Assembly: GCA_963736115.1 (NCBI GenBank)
Contig: CAVTNR010000002.1
Span: forward strand, 32,001 to 96,000
Direction: 5' to 3'
Source of the DNA: an uncultured bacterium
Lineage (GTDB): Bacteria; Zhuqueibacterota; QNDG01; DTFT01
DNA: 64,000 nucleotides
The position numbers and the translations under genes are program-made. Shown piece after piece: positions 1-9,855 of the stretch. Every line of letters begins with the position of its first letter. The stretch's first letter is position 1. The notes beneath the pieces were generated by a model, which was not told the DNA's origin, did no database searches, and saw only the letters and a list, made by a program, of their open reading frames with translations.

Positions 1-143
1 AGGGCCATGGCCCTGGCGTCGGCCTTGACGTTCAGGAACTCCATGCCGCTCTGGGCCAGTTTTTTATAATTCTGGGCCGATCCGTCGGAAGCCAGGCCGA
101 ACAGGATCAATCCGATCCCCAGAATGGTGAGATGCCTTTTCAT
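1..143 (-). CDS. PorV/PorQ (UPF0164)-family outer-membrane protein, N-terminal part (runs off the window)
   Basis: Manual translation MKRHLTILGIGLILFGLASDGSAQNYKKLAQSGMEFLNVKADARAMA shows a signal peptide plus the K-x-AQ-x-G-x-x-FL...ARAMA motif. RBS GAGGA; directly downstream of 177..2282. Confidence 0.75.
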   Translation of the reverse strand, partial: MKRHLTILGIGLILFGLASDGSAQNYKKLAQSGMEFLNVKADARAMA

Positions 144-176
144 GGTCTTGTCCTCGCGTTTGGATTTGGGAGACCG

Positions 177-2282
177 TTATCGGATGATCACGAACTTTCG
201 GAACGTCTTCTCGCCGTCGGGCGTCTCGAACACCGCGATGTAGAGCCCGCTCACCACGACCTGACGCGATGAGGTCACCGATTCCCAGAGTTCGTCCCCC
301 GAGTTGTTGGTGTGATTCAGGGTCTTGATCAAATCCCCGCGCTCGGTGTAGATCTTGATGGTGCACTGGGGCGGAAGGCCGAAAAATGCGATCCGGTCCG
401 GCTGATCGAACTGGATGTTCCGCGCGCCGAGGTGGAACGGATTCGGAACGATGCGGATGGAATCCAGCGAAGTCAGAACCGACGGCCGCCGGAGATACGC
501 GGCCTGGTTCGTGACCGTATAGTACTTGCTGCTGACCAGCGGCGTGCCGGGTTTGACGTCGTTCTGGGACCCGTCATCCTTGCTCACGATGTAGTAGTAG
601 TAGTTGAAGCCGCGCCTGGCCGTGGTGTCGTCGAAACGGTTGACGACTTGGTTCTTGTCGCACGAGAAGAGAAGATCGTACAGCGTATCGGGCCTGGCCG
701 AAGCCCGGTAGATCTCGTACCCGTTGAAATACGGCCAGGATTCCGCGTTGGCCGCCCATTCCAGCACGATGCGGTCTCCGCCCGAGCTGACGGTGAAAGT
801 TTCGGGAGGCGGAGGCGGCTGGGGGATCTCGAGGTTGTTGTTGTACGTATGGATCGCGCGCCGTAAAGTTTCTTTGATCGAATCCTCGGCCGTCCAGACC
901 CAGGCGCGCTTATAGGCGTTCCGGTCGCTGCCGGTGGAGCCGTTCGGCAGGGTGAAAGGCGCGGCGTTGTTGAACCAGTTTGTGCCGACTTCCAGGCTCT
1001 TGCGGCGGGTCAGGCCCTGAACGCCTTCGGCCATGACGATGTGAACGCTCTGGCCGGGCTCCAGTGTGTAGGGCCCGTAGGACTGAATCTGGGCGGACCC
1101 TCCGATGCCGGGTCCGAACAGGTCGGCGAAATTGCCGTCACCGACCGCTTCGGCATGGGTCTTTTCCGGATGACCGGCGCTCATGGCCGCGTACTGCTGG
1201 TTCATCTGGTTGATGTTGTACGAGTCGATCCAGTTCATGATGTTGTCGTCCGTGTCCCACCACGGCGTGGACTTCGGCTGTTCGAGATCGTCGGACTTGT
1301 CGGTGGCCGACTTGTCCGCGTGCAGGGTCGCGACGCCGCAGAAGCCGGGCGCGCCGAGCACGCCGGGGCCGCCGTAATTGGGTTCGCCCCAATCGGCTTC
1401 GTAGCCCATCGACGCCTGCGAGTGCGGACCGTACCAGGCGTACGAAGCGCGCATTTCGAAAAGCGGGTCGGTCGGATCGTCGCCGATATAGTGGAGAACC
1501 GTGTTCCGGCCCCAGCTCACGTTGCCGGTGGAATGCCAGCCGCCGATGAAGCCCTGGTGGCCCGGAGAGTACCGGTTCGAGAAGGCGAAGTAGACGCCGT
1601 TCAGGGTCTGGTTGACCGGCGCGCCGCTTCCGTCCTTCAGGCCGACGTTGGTGAAAACGAAATCATAAATGTGATAGTCGTCATGGTTCTGCTGGCTGTA
1701 GGCGTAGATCGTGCGCTCGCACCGGACACCGATGTTCGTCTCCGTGACATTGACCAGGATGCGGTCCGCCGGCTGGTCTGGATTGACCTCGTCGACGATG
1801 TCGTCGAGCGTATTTTCCGTACCGTCGGCGCCGTCCACCACCACGATGGGATGGTTGAATTTGCCGTACAGCTTGAACTCGCCCGGCATGAAATTGGTCA
1901 GCGTGTTGAGGTAACGCGGCCCGGCCTGGCACACCTTGAACGGATAGGTGAGCCCGGTTTTCGGGTCGGCGAAGTCCGTGGCCCCGATCCAGAGAGAGCG
2001 GGAGTTTTGCGTGTCGGTGCGGTAATACAGGGCCTCCCACATCATCTCGTCGGCCTGCTGGGTGTTCTGCGCGGCCGCGCGGGAGATCAGCCCGTATTCG
2101 ATCTCCATGCCGGCGTTGGTGTACCACTGGCGCAAGTCGCCGATGCGGATCCACTTGACCTCATGGGGACCGGTGTATTCCTGGGCGGGCAGGGCCGCGG
2201 GAAGAAACGCCGCGGCGAGCGCGCACAGGACCGCCGCCCGGACGAACGCCCTGCCGAAACCGGTGATGTTCAATTTCTTCAT
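177..2282 (-). CDS. Secreted protein with FN3-like region and C-terminal T9SS-type sorting domain (TonB-receptor partner)
   Basis: 701 aa with signal peptide; PPPPP linker then FN3-like strand pattern; C-terminus IVPNPF...IKIYT..GDLIK...VSGLYI...RKFVIIR. Confidence 0.8.
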   Translation of the reverse strand: MKKLNITGFGRAFVRAAVLCALAAAFLPAALPAQEYTGPHEVKWIRIGDLRQWYTNAGMEIEYGLISRAAAQNTQQADEMMWEALYYRTDTQNSRSLWIGATDFADPKTGLTYPFKVCQAGPRYLNTLTNFMPGEFKLYGKFNHPIVVVDGADGTENTLDDIVDEVNPDQPADRILVNVTETNIGVRCERTIYAYSQQNHDDYHIYDFVFTNVGLKDGSGAPVNQTLNGVYFAFSNRYSPGHQGFIGGWHSTGNVSWGRNTVLHYIGDDPTDPLFEMRASYAWYGPHSQASMGYEADWGEPNYGGPGVLGAPGFCGVATLHADKSATDKSDDLEQPKSTPWWDTDDNIMNWIDSYNINQMNQQYAAMSAGHPEKTHAEAVGDGNFADLFGPGIGGSAQIQSYGPYTLEPGQSVHIVMAEGVQGLTRRKSLEVGTNWFNNAAPFTLPNGSTGSDRNAYKRAWVWTAEDSIKETLRRAIHTYNNNLEIPQPPPPPETFTVSSGGDRIVLEWAANAESWPYFNGYEIYRASARPDTLYDLLFSCDKNQVVNRFDDTTARRGFNYYYYIVSKDDGSQNDVKPGTPLVSSKYYTVTNQAAYLRRPSVLTSLDSIRIVPNPFHLGARNIQFDQPDRIAFFGLPPQCTIKIYTERGDLIKTLNHTNNSGDELWESVTSSRQVVVSGLYIAVFETPDGEKTFRKFVIIR

Positions 2283-2313
2283 GGTCGGTCTTCCTCAATC
2301 GATGGGTGAGTGG

Positions 2314-5300
2314 TTAAAACGAAACGTTGACGCCGAAGAAGATCTGCCTCGGATTCAGGAAATTGAAATACGTCTGGTTCGGCATGTCGATATAGGCCTT
2401 GTCCTCCAGGATCTTGTCGATCCGGGATTTCGGAACCTGCTGCCAGCCGCTTGCCCCGCTCTGCATGTACTTTTTGGACGAGGTTTCGTAATAGATCATG
2501 CCCGCGGCCGGGTTGGAGATATCGTTCACGATGGCGACCGACGTCATCGGCTGGAAGGCCACGCCGGTGCCCCGGAATTCGCCGACCCGGTCGTCTCCGG
2601 GAATATTGTCATAATCGGAGCTCTTCGGCAGGTGCAGCGACTGCATATAGAACAGGTAGTCGTTGGTGTCGTAGAAACCCGCTCCGGACAGTTTCTTCGT
2701 GTTGAACAGGTTGTCCACCTCGACGAAAAAGGTCCAGTTGAGGCCGGCCAGCGGGATCAGCTTGTTCAAGCGCAGGGAGAAGTTGGTGAAATCGGTGACC
2801 TGCACGTTGGAGACGACGTCCGCCTTGGAGTCCGGGTTGTAGGTGATGTACTCACCGGCCTTCCAGTTGAACAGCAGGTTCATCGTCCAGTTCTCCAGCG
2901 GACTGATATTCATCAGCTCGGGGCCGAATCCCTTGGGCGAATTCAGCACCAGGCTGGTCCGCGCGTAGGGCTGCGCGATCGGCTTCTGCTGGTAGAGGAA
3001 CGAGGTCCGCGTGCGGGCGTCGGAATCACGCTGACGCGAGACGCTCTGGAAGACGAACGGATTGCCGAAATACCCGTAGCTGGAGACCTGGTACGTGTAA
3101 TTGGCGAAACCGGACACCCAGCCCGTGTTCCTTTTCAGCGTGAGCTCGAACCCGCGCACGTCCGCGTAATTGTTGCTGTTGGCCGCGCTGTAGCTCACCT
3201 TGCCGTCCGCGCTGGTGTAGGTTGTGAAGGACTGCTGGCTGGAGATGTCGTGGTAAAACGCGGAGGCCTGGATCAGCAGGCCGCCCTGGCCGAACATCTC
3301 CTGGTCATAGCCCAGTTCGTACGAAACGGTTTTGGCAAGCGCCAGGTTGGGATCGCCGTAGTTCTGCATCTCGCCGCCGGCCCCGCGGCCGGTCCGGATC
3401 AGCTCCTCATAGGTGGGCAGCTGCTTGAAGTGGCCGTAATTGAAGTACAGCTTGGAGCTCTCGGTGATGGGATGCGAAATGCCGAGCCTCGGGCTGAGAC
3501 TGACGTCGGCCTTGGCTTTTTCGGTCCGGAACTCGGCGTCCTGGTTGTACAGGTAATTGCTCGCGAAGAACGTGACATCGAACGGATTGACGGGCTTGAT
3601 CCAGTCCGTGTTGGCGTTGCTGTAGTCGAGGCGCAGGCCCGCGTTCACGACAAAGCCCTTGGCCTCGAGCTTGTTCTGGGCGTACAGGGCGCCCCGGAAC
3701 GGGAACTTGTGCGACTTGTTCATGATCCGGAGGCCCGTGAAATTGTTGATGGACCCGTAGTACAGGTTCAGGTCGTTGTAGACGAACTCGACGCCCGCCT
3801 TGAACAGATTGTAGAAGTTCAATTGGCTGGTCATGTCGAACTTGAGGGTAATCGCCGAAATGTCGCTGGTGTCGCGGGACTGGCCCGAGTGGCCGCCGAA
3901 AATGTTGATGGCGCCGCCGACGCCGCCGACGGAGTTGGCGCTCCATCCGAAGGGAGCCTCATCCGTGAAATAACCGGGGATGATTTCCTGAGTCCGGGCG
4001 TAGTTTCGTTCCCGGACGGGGCCGGTCGTGTACTTGGTCTTGACGTATTCCAGCCGGCCCTCGTAGAAGGTCCTGGCGCTGAGCGTGTGCGTCAGCTTCA
4101 GGGAGCCGCCGGCGTGCCGCACGAAGGCCTCGGAGTACCAGGAGTCGCCGAACAAGCGGCCCGCGCGCTGTTCATTCGAAACCTGAGCGATGGACAGCGG
4201 ATCCGTCAGATACATGGTCGGCATCCAGTAGCGGGCGACGCGGGAATCGTTCGGCCCGAACTGGTTGTTCAGGTAGCCCGGTCCCTGGCCGTCGGGCATG
4301 AAGTTCCCAACCGCCGCGGCGAACCATCCGCCGTACTCGCTCGCGGTCAGCTTCATGTTCTTCTTGATGTCGGAGGTCAGCTGGACCATCCAGTTGTCCA
4401 CCACGTAGTCGTCGCGCGTCAAGGGCATGAGGAGCATCTCCCGGTCGCGCTTGAAGCTTCCGAAGAACCGCAGGTCCCCCAGCGCCTTGCTGACGAGCGG
4501 AACGGGGCCTCCGAAACCGGCGTCGATGTTGTAGTCGAACTGATCGTTGACGTCCGTTTTACGGTGCTCCCAGTTGAACAGCCGCTGGGCCCCCGACGGC
4601 GTGAGATCGTTGTTCGGATCCGAGTCGGAGAGCAGTTCACTGGACACCGCGTTCCAGCCCCGGAAATTCGGGTACTGGCGCTGGGTGTATTCGTCCCAGG
4701 CCCCGCTGGTGGTGCCGGTCCAGCACACGGCGTCATCCAGGTAGGGCCGCATCCACATGGAATTCTTGTCGAATACGGACTTGCCGAACTGTTTGGGGGC
4801 CGGCGGGCTGCCCTTGACGGTGAGGCCGCCGCTGTACCCCTGCTTGCCGCCTTCACGGGTCACGACGTTGATGATGCCCGACCGCACCTGGCCGTACTCG
4901 GCGTTGAATCCGCCACGCTCCATCGCGACTTCCTGAACCGCGTTCAGGGCCACGCCGGTGATGGGCTTGTTGTTGCGGGGATCGCGGAGCGTGGTGCCGT
5001 TGATCTGGAACAGCAGTTCGCTCTCATCGCCGCCCCGGATGGCCAGGCCCTTGTCGACGCCGGCCTGCAGCTGGACGAGGTCGTTCACCGTGGTCACGGC
5101 CAGGTCCTTGATCTCGGCGCTCGAGAAGGCCGACACGCTGGTGGCCACGTCCTGCTTCACCGCCTCGCGCTTGCCGCTGATGGTCACGGTTTCGCCGGGG
5201 ATGAGCTCCTGATCGAGCCGGAACTCGATCGGCGAAGTCTGGTCGATCCGGACCTGGACATCGGTCACCGTAACGGACTTGAAGCCCATGGCCCGCACCT

Positions 5301-5535
5301 GCACCGAATAAATGCCTGGCGGGACCTGCAGCACGCTGAATTCACCGTTTGCGTCCGTGGCCGCCCCGAGGGCCGTGCCGACCAGGATCACATTCGCGCC
5401 GTAATACGGCTGGCCCGTGGCCCGGTCGGTCACCTGTCCGGCAATCTTGCCGGTGGTGCCGCTCCACAACGGGATAGAGACGGCGAATGCCGTGCACACC
5501 ACGGCCGCCAATACCCATAGCCGTTCTCGTTTCAT
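2314..5535 (-). CDS. TonB-dependent receptor with N-terminal carboxypeptidase-regulatory-like domain
   Basis: 1073 aa; GTTGKIAG, GAATDANG, plug IRGG, GGFNAEYG, SPRLGISHPIT; terminal PRQIFFGVNVSF. Confidence 0.92.
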   Translation of the reverse strand: MKRERLWVLAAVVCTAFAVSIPLWSGTTGKIAGQVTDRATGQPYYGANVILVGTALGAATDANGEFSVLQVPPGIYSVQVRAMGFKSVTVTDVQVRIDQTSPIEFRLDQELIPGETVTISGKREAVKQDVATSVSAFSSAEIKDLAVTTVNDLVQLQAGVDKGLAIRGGDESELLFQINGTTLRDPRNNKPITGVALNAVQEVAMERGGFNAEYGQVRSGIINVVTREGGKQGYSGGLTVKGSPPAPKQFGKSVFDKNSMWMRPYLDDAVCWTGTTSGAWDEYTQRQYPNFRGWNAVSSELLSDSDPNNDLTPSGAQRLFNWEHRKTDVNDQFDYNIDAGFGGPVPLVSKALGDLRFFGSFKRDREMLLMPLTRDDYVVDNWMVQLTSDIKKNMKLTASEYGGWFAAAVGNFMPDGQGPGYLNNQFGPNDSRVARYWMPTMYLTDPLSIAQVSNEQRAGRLFGDSWYSEAFVRHAGGSLKLTHTLSARTFYEGRLEYVKTKYTTGPVRERNYARTQEIIPGYFTDEAPFGWSANSVGGVGGAINIFGGHSGQSRDTSDISAITLKFDMTSQLNFYNLFKAGVEFVYNDLNLYYGSINNFTGLRIMNKSHKFPFRGALYAQNKLEAKGFVVNAGLRLDYSNANTDWIKPVNPFDVTFFASNYLYNQDAEFRTEKAKADVSLSPRLGISHPITESSKLYFNYGHFKQLPTYEELIRTGRGAGGEMQNYGDPNLALAKTVSYELGYDQEMFGQGGLLIQASAFYHDISSQQSFTTYTSADGKVSYSAANSNNYADVRGFELTLKRNTGWVSGFANYTYQVSSYGYFGNPFVFQSVSRQRDSDARTRTSFLYQQKPIAQPYARTSLVLNSPKGFGPELMNISPLENWTMNLLFNWKAGEYITYNPDSKADVVSNVQVTDFTNFSLRLNKLIPLAGLNWTFFVEVDNLFNTKKLSGAGFYDTNDYLFYMQSLHLPKSSDYDNIPGDDRVGEFRGTGVAFQPMTSVAIVNDISNPAAGMIYYETSSKKYMQSGASGWQQVPKSRIDKILEDKAYIDMPNQTYFNFLNPRQIFFGVNVSF

Positions 5536-5621
5536 ACAACCGACCTCCTCAGATGGGAATGAAAGGTTACTGGTCTTGATTCTTCGTTCAGGCTTTCCGT
5601 TCAGGCATTTCGGTCCGGCCG

Positions 5622-6632
5622 TCAGGCCGACTTGCGGATGATCAGTTCGGTTTTCAATATTTTATGGACCGGAACGACAGGGCTGGACTGGTTCGCGATC
5701 TGGTCGATCAAAAGCTCGGCCGCGGTCCTGCCGATCTCGTACGCCGGCTGACGGACCGTGGTCAGCGGCGGTTCGATGAGTTCGGCCATGGGATTGTCGG
5801 TGAATCCCATGACAGCCATCCGGTCCGGCACGGCGATGCCTTCCTGCTTCAACCGGACCAGAGCGCCCATGGCCACCGGATCGGTCACGCAGAAGACCGC
5901 GTCCGGCCTTTCTCCGCCCTGCTCGAGCAGTCGGGACATGGAATCCACGCCGTCCTCCTCGTTCAGGCCGCCGCGAATGATCCATTCGTCCCGGAGGGGA
6001 TGACCGAGCCCGACGACCGCGTCCCGGAATCCCTCGAACCGGAGGCGGCAGATGCTCAGGAATTCGGGTCCGCCCAGGTGGCCGAACCGTCGGTAACCCT
6101 TTTGTACCAGGTATTCGCCCGCTCGGAAGGCCCCGTCGTAATCATCAACCACCACGGTGGGCGCATCAACCTCGCTGCAGACGCGGTCGAAAAAGACCAG
6201 GGGCACGCCCCGCTGTTTGAGCCGGTTGAAATGTTCGCAGGATTTCGTCGTCACGGACACGGAAATCAGAAGCCCCGCCACCCGGTGGGACAGCAGGACG
6301 TCGATGTTGCTCTTTTCCCTTTCGAAATCCTCGTTGGACTGGCAGATCATAACCGTGAATCCGGCCTGATAGGCCACGTCTGTGATGCCGGACATGATGG
6401 ACGCGAAGAAATAATGCTTGACCTGGGGGACCACGACGCCGATGACGAGGGATTGTTTCTGCTGGAGGCTTTTGGCAAGGGTGTTGGGATGGTAGTCGAG
6501 TTCACGGGCCAGGGCTTCTATCCGTTTGCGCGTTTCCTCGCTGATGTCCGGATGGCCGGACAGCGCGCGGGATACGGTTGAGACGGATACGCCCATTTTA
6601 CGGGCTATGTCCTTGATCGTAGTTTGTTTCAT
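5622..6632 (-). CDS. LacI-family transcriptional regulator
   Basis: TIKDIARKMGVSVSTVSRAL HTH, YHPNTLAKSL hinge, sugar-binding domain (PPLTTVRQP). Start placed at MKQTT (6632). Confidence 0.93.
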   Translation of the reverse strand: MKQTTIKDIARKMGVSVSTVSRALSGHPDISEETRKRIEALARELDYHPNTLAKSLQQKQSLVIGVVVPQVKHYFFASIMSGITDVAYQAGFTVMICQSNEDFEREKSNIDVLLSHRVAGLLISVSVTTKSCEHFNRLKQRGVPLVFFDRVCSEVDAPTVVVDDYDGAFRAGEYLVQKGYRRFGHLGGPEFLSICRLRFEGFRDAVVGLGHPLRDEWIIRGGLNEEDGVDSMSRLLEQGGERPDAVFCVTDPVAMGALVRLKQEGIAVPDRMAVMGFTDNPMAELIEPPLTTVRQPAYEIGRTAAELLIDQIANQSSPVVPVHKILKTELIIRKSA

Positions 6633-6775
6633 ATCTGATTGGGATACCGGGAGAGGGTTCGGTTTCGGCTGCGTACCGCAGGCCCGGATTGATTCGGGCG
6701 GAACGGCCGGATCACAGACCGGAACCGATCTTGCGGAACCGTTCACGCCCGGTGAAATGGGCGTACTTTGGTTCC

Positions 6776-6816
6776 GCAAACGTTTGCAAGATACGAAACT
6801 AATTTTTCTTTGTCAA
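6776..6816 (-). promoter_or_regulatory. Sigma70 promoter (TTGACA-N17-TATCTT) followed by LacI-type operator GCAAACGTTTGC
   Basis: -35 at 6816-6811, -10 at 6793-6788, perfect 12-bp palindrome with central CG at 6776-6787. Confidence 0.75.
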
Positions 6817-6957
6817 CGGGTTTTTCGTAAAATATTCCGAGCCTCGAATACTGTTACTTTACATAGAATAACTGTTAAGAACATCAATATAGTTGAATGT
6901 GACGGAGAAATCGGACCTCCCGAAGGTCCCCCGCTTCAAACGGTCCGGCTTTTTTAC

Positions 6958-6986
6958 TTGACATTTAACTTATTCGAAATTATATT
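6958..6986 (+). promoter_or_regulatory. Sigma70 promoter TTGACA-N17-TATATT
   Basis: Near-consensus boxes with 17-bp spacer in AT-rich DNA upstream of 7224. Confidence 0.65.
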
Positions 6987-7223
6987 TAAGTATACCTACA
7001 TAAGGAACCCCATTATACTCCTCGCTATCTTTTTTCACACCTCTATTATTTAAGTCATTCGTAACTGTAAAAGACATTGCCTCTCTTGAGTTCCGAGAGA
7101 CAGGATTGTCTACCCATTATTATGGGAGGACCCGATACGCATTTCGGCTAACGGATGTCCGGCCCTGCCGGTCTTTCATCCCCATTCATCCGTATCACGC
7201 CCGAAAGGCGAAAGGAGGGTCCC

Positions 7224-8039
7224 GTGAACCACAGAATCCTTGCGGCCCCAATGCTGGCGGCCGTACTGCTTCTCCTGAATTGTGAACGCCAGAGAGAATA
7301 CCTCGTCGCAGGACCGACTTACGAGAAACGCTTGATTCGTTTCGGGGGGGTCGTTCTCGCCTATGATGAGCGCGGAAATGTCGCGGGAATCGATTCTGTG
7401 ATATCCGTTATCCTTGATTCGGCCCGCACCGTCCATGACATCCGTTCTCACCGGTTTTTCTACAACGAGAACAATCTCCGGGTGCGGGAGGACGTCCGTC
7501 AAGTTTACCCGGACAGTCACGTGGACGAGTATCAATACCAGTATGAGTATGACGCGAACGGCTTTCAATCGCGTGTCCACGGATTGAACAGGCGGAAGGA
7601 TGGATCCTATAACGCAAGCTTCGAATGGCTCGTGACCTGCGACAGCCTGGGCAGGCCCACGGATATCAGTTTTCTCTGGTCGGATGGGACGCTCCATCCT
7701 TACCGTCAATTCGAATGGGATGAGAGCGGAAACATGCGCGTGGAAAGAACGGATTTCCAGAACGACCTCGCTCAAACCGTCATCACCCGCGAATACGACC
7801 GTTCCCGGAATCCCTTCAGCGTGCTCAAGGGTGTGATGGAAGTCTTCCATTCATATAACCGGAATAACCCGGTGCGCATTTCCTGGACTACGGAATTCCC
7901 GGTCCCGTCTGATAGTGAGTCGTTTTACACGTATTCTTACGATGGATCAGGGTATCCCCTCGTCTGCAAAAGCCTCGGAGATGATGGGACAGTGTCCGAA
8001 ACGAAATACGAATACGAACCGGTTCCGGAAGCGGAATAA
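7224..8039 (+). CDS. Hypothetical lipoprotein with YD/RHS-like beta-hairpin pattern
   Basis: RBS AAGGAGG before GTG; lipobox LLLNC; repeated (Y/W)D-x-x-G motifs (YDERG, YDANG, WDESG, YDGSG). Confidence 0.65.
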   Translation: MNHRILAAPMLAAVLLLLNCERQREYLVAGPTYEKRLIRFGGVVLAYDERGNVAGIDSVISVILDSARTVHDIRSHRFFYNENNLRVREDVRQVYPDSHVDEYQYQYEYDANGFQSRVHGLNRRKDGSYNASFEWLVTCDSLGRPTDISFLWSDGTLHPYRQFEWDESGNMRVERTDFQNDLAQTVITREYDRSRNPFSVLKGVMEVFHSYNRNNPVRISWTTEFPVPSDSESFYTYSYDGSGYPLVCKSLGDDGTVSETKYEYEPVPEAE

Positions 8040-8050
8040 ATCCGGACAGC

Positions 8051-8092
8051 CGGACCTCCCGGGGGCCGAAGGTTCCACCCTCGGGAGGTCCG
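8051..8092. repeat. REP-like palindrome family A (CGGACCTCC...GGAGGTCCG)
   Basis: Related copies at 6912-6926 (half) and 54366-54404. Confidence 0.75.
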
Positions 8093-8278
8093 ATCCGGGC
8101 TGTAAAATAATATCACCCACCCTGCCGCCCCCACACAAGTCCTTGACTTTTTCCCTTTAATTGGTTAAATAAAATCGGTGGTTCTCCGGTCCGTCCGGCA
8201 TCCCATCCTTTCTTTATATATAGTCAGGAAGGTCCCAAGGGACCAGGCCATCAAATCTTTCAATTAAGGAAGGCCCCC

Positions 8279-9670
8279 ATGGAAAAAAAGGATTCGGAGA
8301 AACGGATCACCCGCAGGGATTTCATCGGCGGCATGACGGCCGCGGCCGCGGCCTTCACCATCCTTCCCTCCGGCCTCCGGGCGGGCGAAAATTCCAGGCC
8401 GTCCGGAACCCTGAGCCCCAGCGACAGGCTGAACATCGCGGTCGTGGGCGTGGGAGGCATGGGCCGGTCCAACCTCAAGGCCGTGTCGGACACGGAGAAC
8501 ATCACCGCCCTGTGCGACGTGGACGAGAACCTCGCCTCGGATGTGTTCGGTCAATTCCCCAAAGCCGCCCGGTACTGGGACTTCCGAGACATGCTGGACA
8601 AGGAACACCGGAACATCGACGCGGTCATTATCGCGACGCCCGATCACACGCACGCCGTCGTCGCCATGGCCGCCATGCAGATGAACAAGCACGTGTACGT
8701 CCAGAAGCCCCTCACCCGGCTCGTATCCGAGGCGAGAAAGCTCGCCGAAGCGGCCCGTCGGTACGGCGTGAAAGCCCAGATGGGGAACCAGCACCATTCC
8801 GAGGAACCTATCCGGCTGATCGCCGAGATGATGGCCGACGGCGCCATCGGCCCGGTCCGCGAGGTGCACCTGTGGACGAACCGGCCGGTCTGGCTGCAGG
8901 GCGTGGCCGAGCGGCCCGCGGGCGTGCCCCGTCCGGACGGTCTGGACTGGGACCTCTGGTGCGGGCCCTCCCCCATGCGCGAGTACCATTCCATCTACCA
9001 CCCCTTCGCCTGGCGCGGCTGGTGGGATTTCGGGACCGGCGCACTTGGAGACATGGGCTGTCATTTCATCGACCCGACCTATTTCGCGCTCAAGCTGACA
9101 AAACCGACGGCAATGGAGGCCAGCGTCGCGGCCCTGGTCGATCCGAAGGAAGTCTGGGAGAAGGTCGACAACCGTGAAACCTTTCCCTCCGGATCCATCG
9201 TCACCTTCGAGTTCCCGGCCCGCGAGGCCATGCCCCCGGTGCGGCTGTTCTGGTACGACGGTGGACTCAAGCCTCCGAGGCCCGAGGAGCTGGAGCCGGG
9301 CCGTAATCTTCCGGTCAACGGGTCCCTGTACATCGGGGAGAATGGCAAAATCCTGCACGATCTGGACGGGGCCGCGCCCCGCATCATACCCGAGGAAAAA
9401 ATGCGCGCCTACACCATGCCGGCCAAGACCATCCCGCGCATCACCACGAGCCACGAGATGAACTGGGTCAACGCCTGCAAGGGCATCGGCGACCTGAGCT
9501 CCCCGTTCGACTACGCGGGGCCGCTGGCCGAGTCCACGCTCGCGGGCAACCTGGCCGTGCGCTTCCCCTGGCAGCGGCTCGAATGGGACGCTGAGGCCAT
9601 GCGGGTGACGAATTTCGACGACGCCAATGAATACGTGGAACCGCATTACCGGCAGGGGTACTCGCTCTAG
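8279..9670 (+). CDS. Tat-exported Gfo/Idh/MocA-family oxidoreductase
   Basis: TRRDFI Tat motif; GVGGMG Rossmann fold; IATPDHTH; YVQKPL; GALGDMGCH. Confidence 0.92.
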   Translation: MEKKDSEKRITRRDFIGGMTAAAAAFTILPSGLRAGENSRPSGTLSPSDRLNIAVVGVGGMGRSNLKAVSDTENITALCDVDENLASDVFGQFPKAARYWDFRDMLDKEHRNIDAVIIATPDHTHAVVAMAAMQMNKHVYVQKPLTRLVSEARKLAEAARRYGVKAQMGNQHHSEEPIRLIAEMMADGAIGPVREVHLWTNRPVWLQGVAERPAGVPRPDGLDWDLWCGPSPMREYHSIYHPFAWRGWWDFGTGALGDMGCHFIDPTYFALKLTKPTAMEASVAALVDPKEVWEKVDNRETFPSGSIVTFEFPAREAMPPVRLFWYDGGLKPPRPEELEPGRNLPVNGSLYIGENGKILHDLDGAAPRIIPEEKMRAYTMPAKTIPRITTSHEMNWVNACKGIGDLSSPFDYAGPLAESTLAGNLAVRFPWQRLEWDAEAMRVTNFDDANEYVEPHYRQGYSL

Positions 9671-9683
9671 GCGGTGTTCATTG

Positions 9684-9719
9684 AACGCTCCGGGAGGCTT
9701 CAAAACCTCCCGGAGCGTT
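9684..9719. repeat. REP-like palindrome family B, uninterrupted copy
   Basis: AACGCTCCGGGAGG-CTTCAAAA-CCTCCCGGAGCGTT; interrupted copies at 35158-35250 and 35508-35586, truncated copy near 11645-11666. Confidence 0.8.
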
Positions 9720-9794
9720 TCTTCCCGAGCAGGGGTACCTTTGGTACAGCGCGTTGTAACGTTCGAACGTTCCGACGTTCGAATAATGCCATTC

Positions 9795-9827
9795 AGACGG
9801 TAACCTTCTGCCAGAAGGTTACCGTCT
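9795..9827. repeat. Perfect 15-bp-arm palindrome upstream of the WYL regulator
   Basis: AGACGGTAACCTTCT-GCC-AGAAGGTTACCGTCT. Confidence 0.7.
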
Positions 9828-9855
9828 TATTTTTGACACTGAAACCGAGAGATCC

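Noticed and set aside
2062-5520. 1152-aa plus-strand ORF and many other long antisense ORFs (e.g. 14044-16386, 54573-55811)
   Set aside because: Shadows of high-GC3 genes on the opposite strand, with no recognisable motifs.
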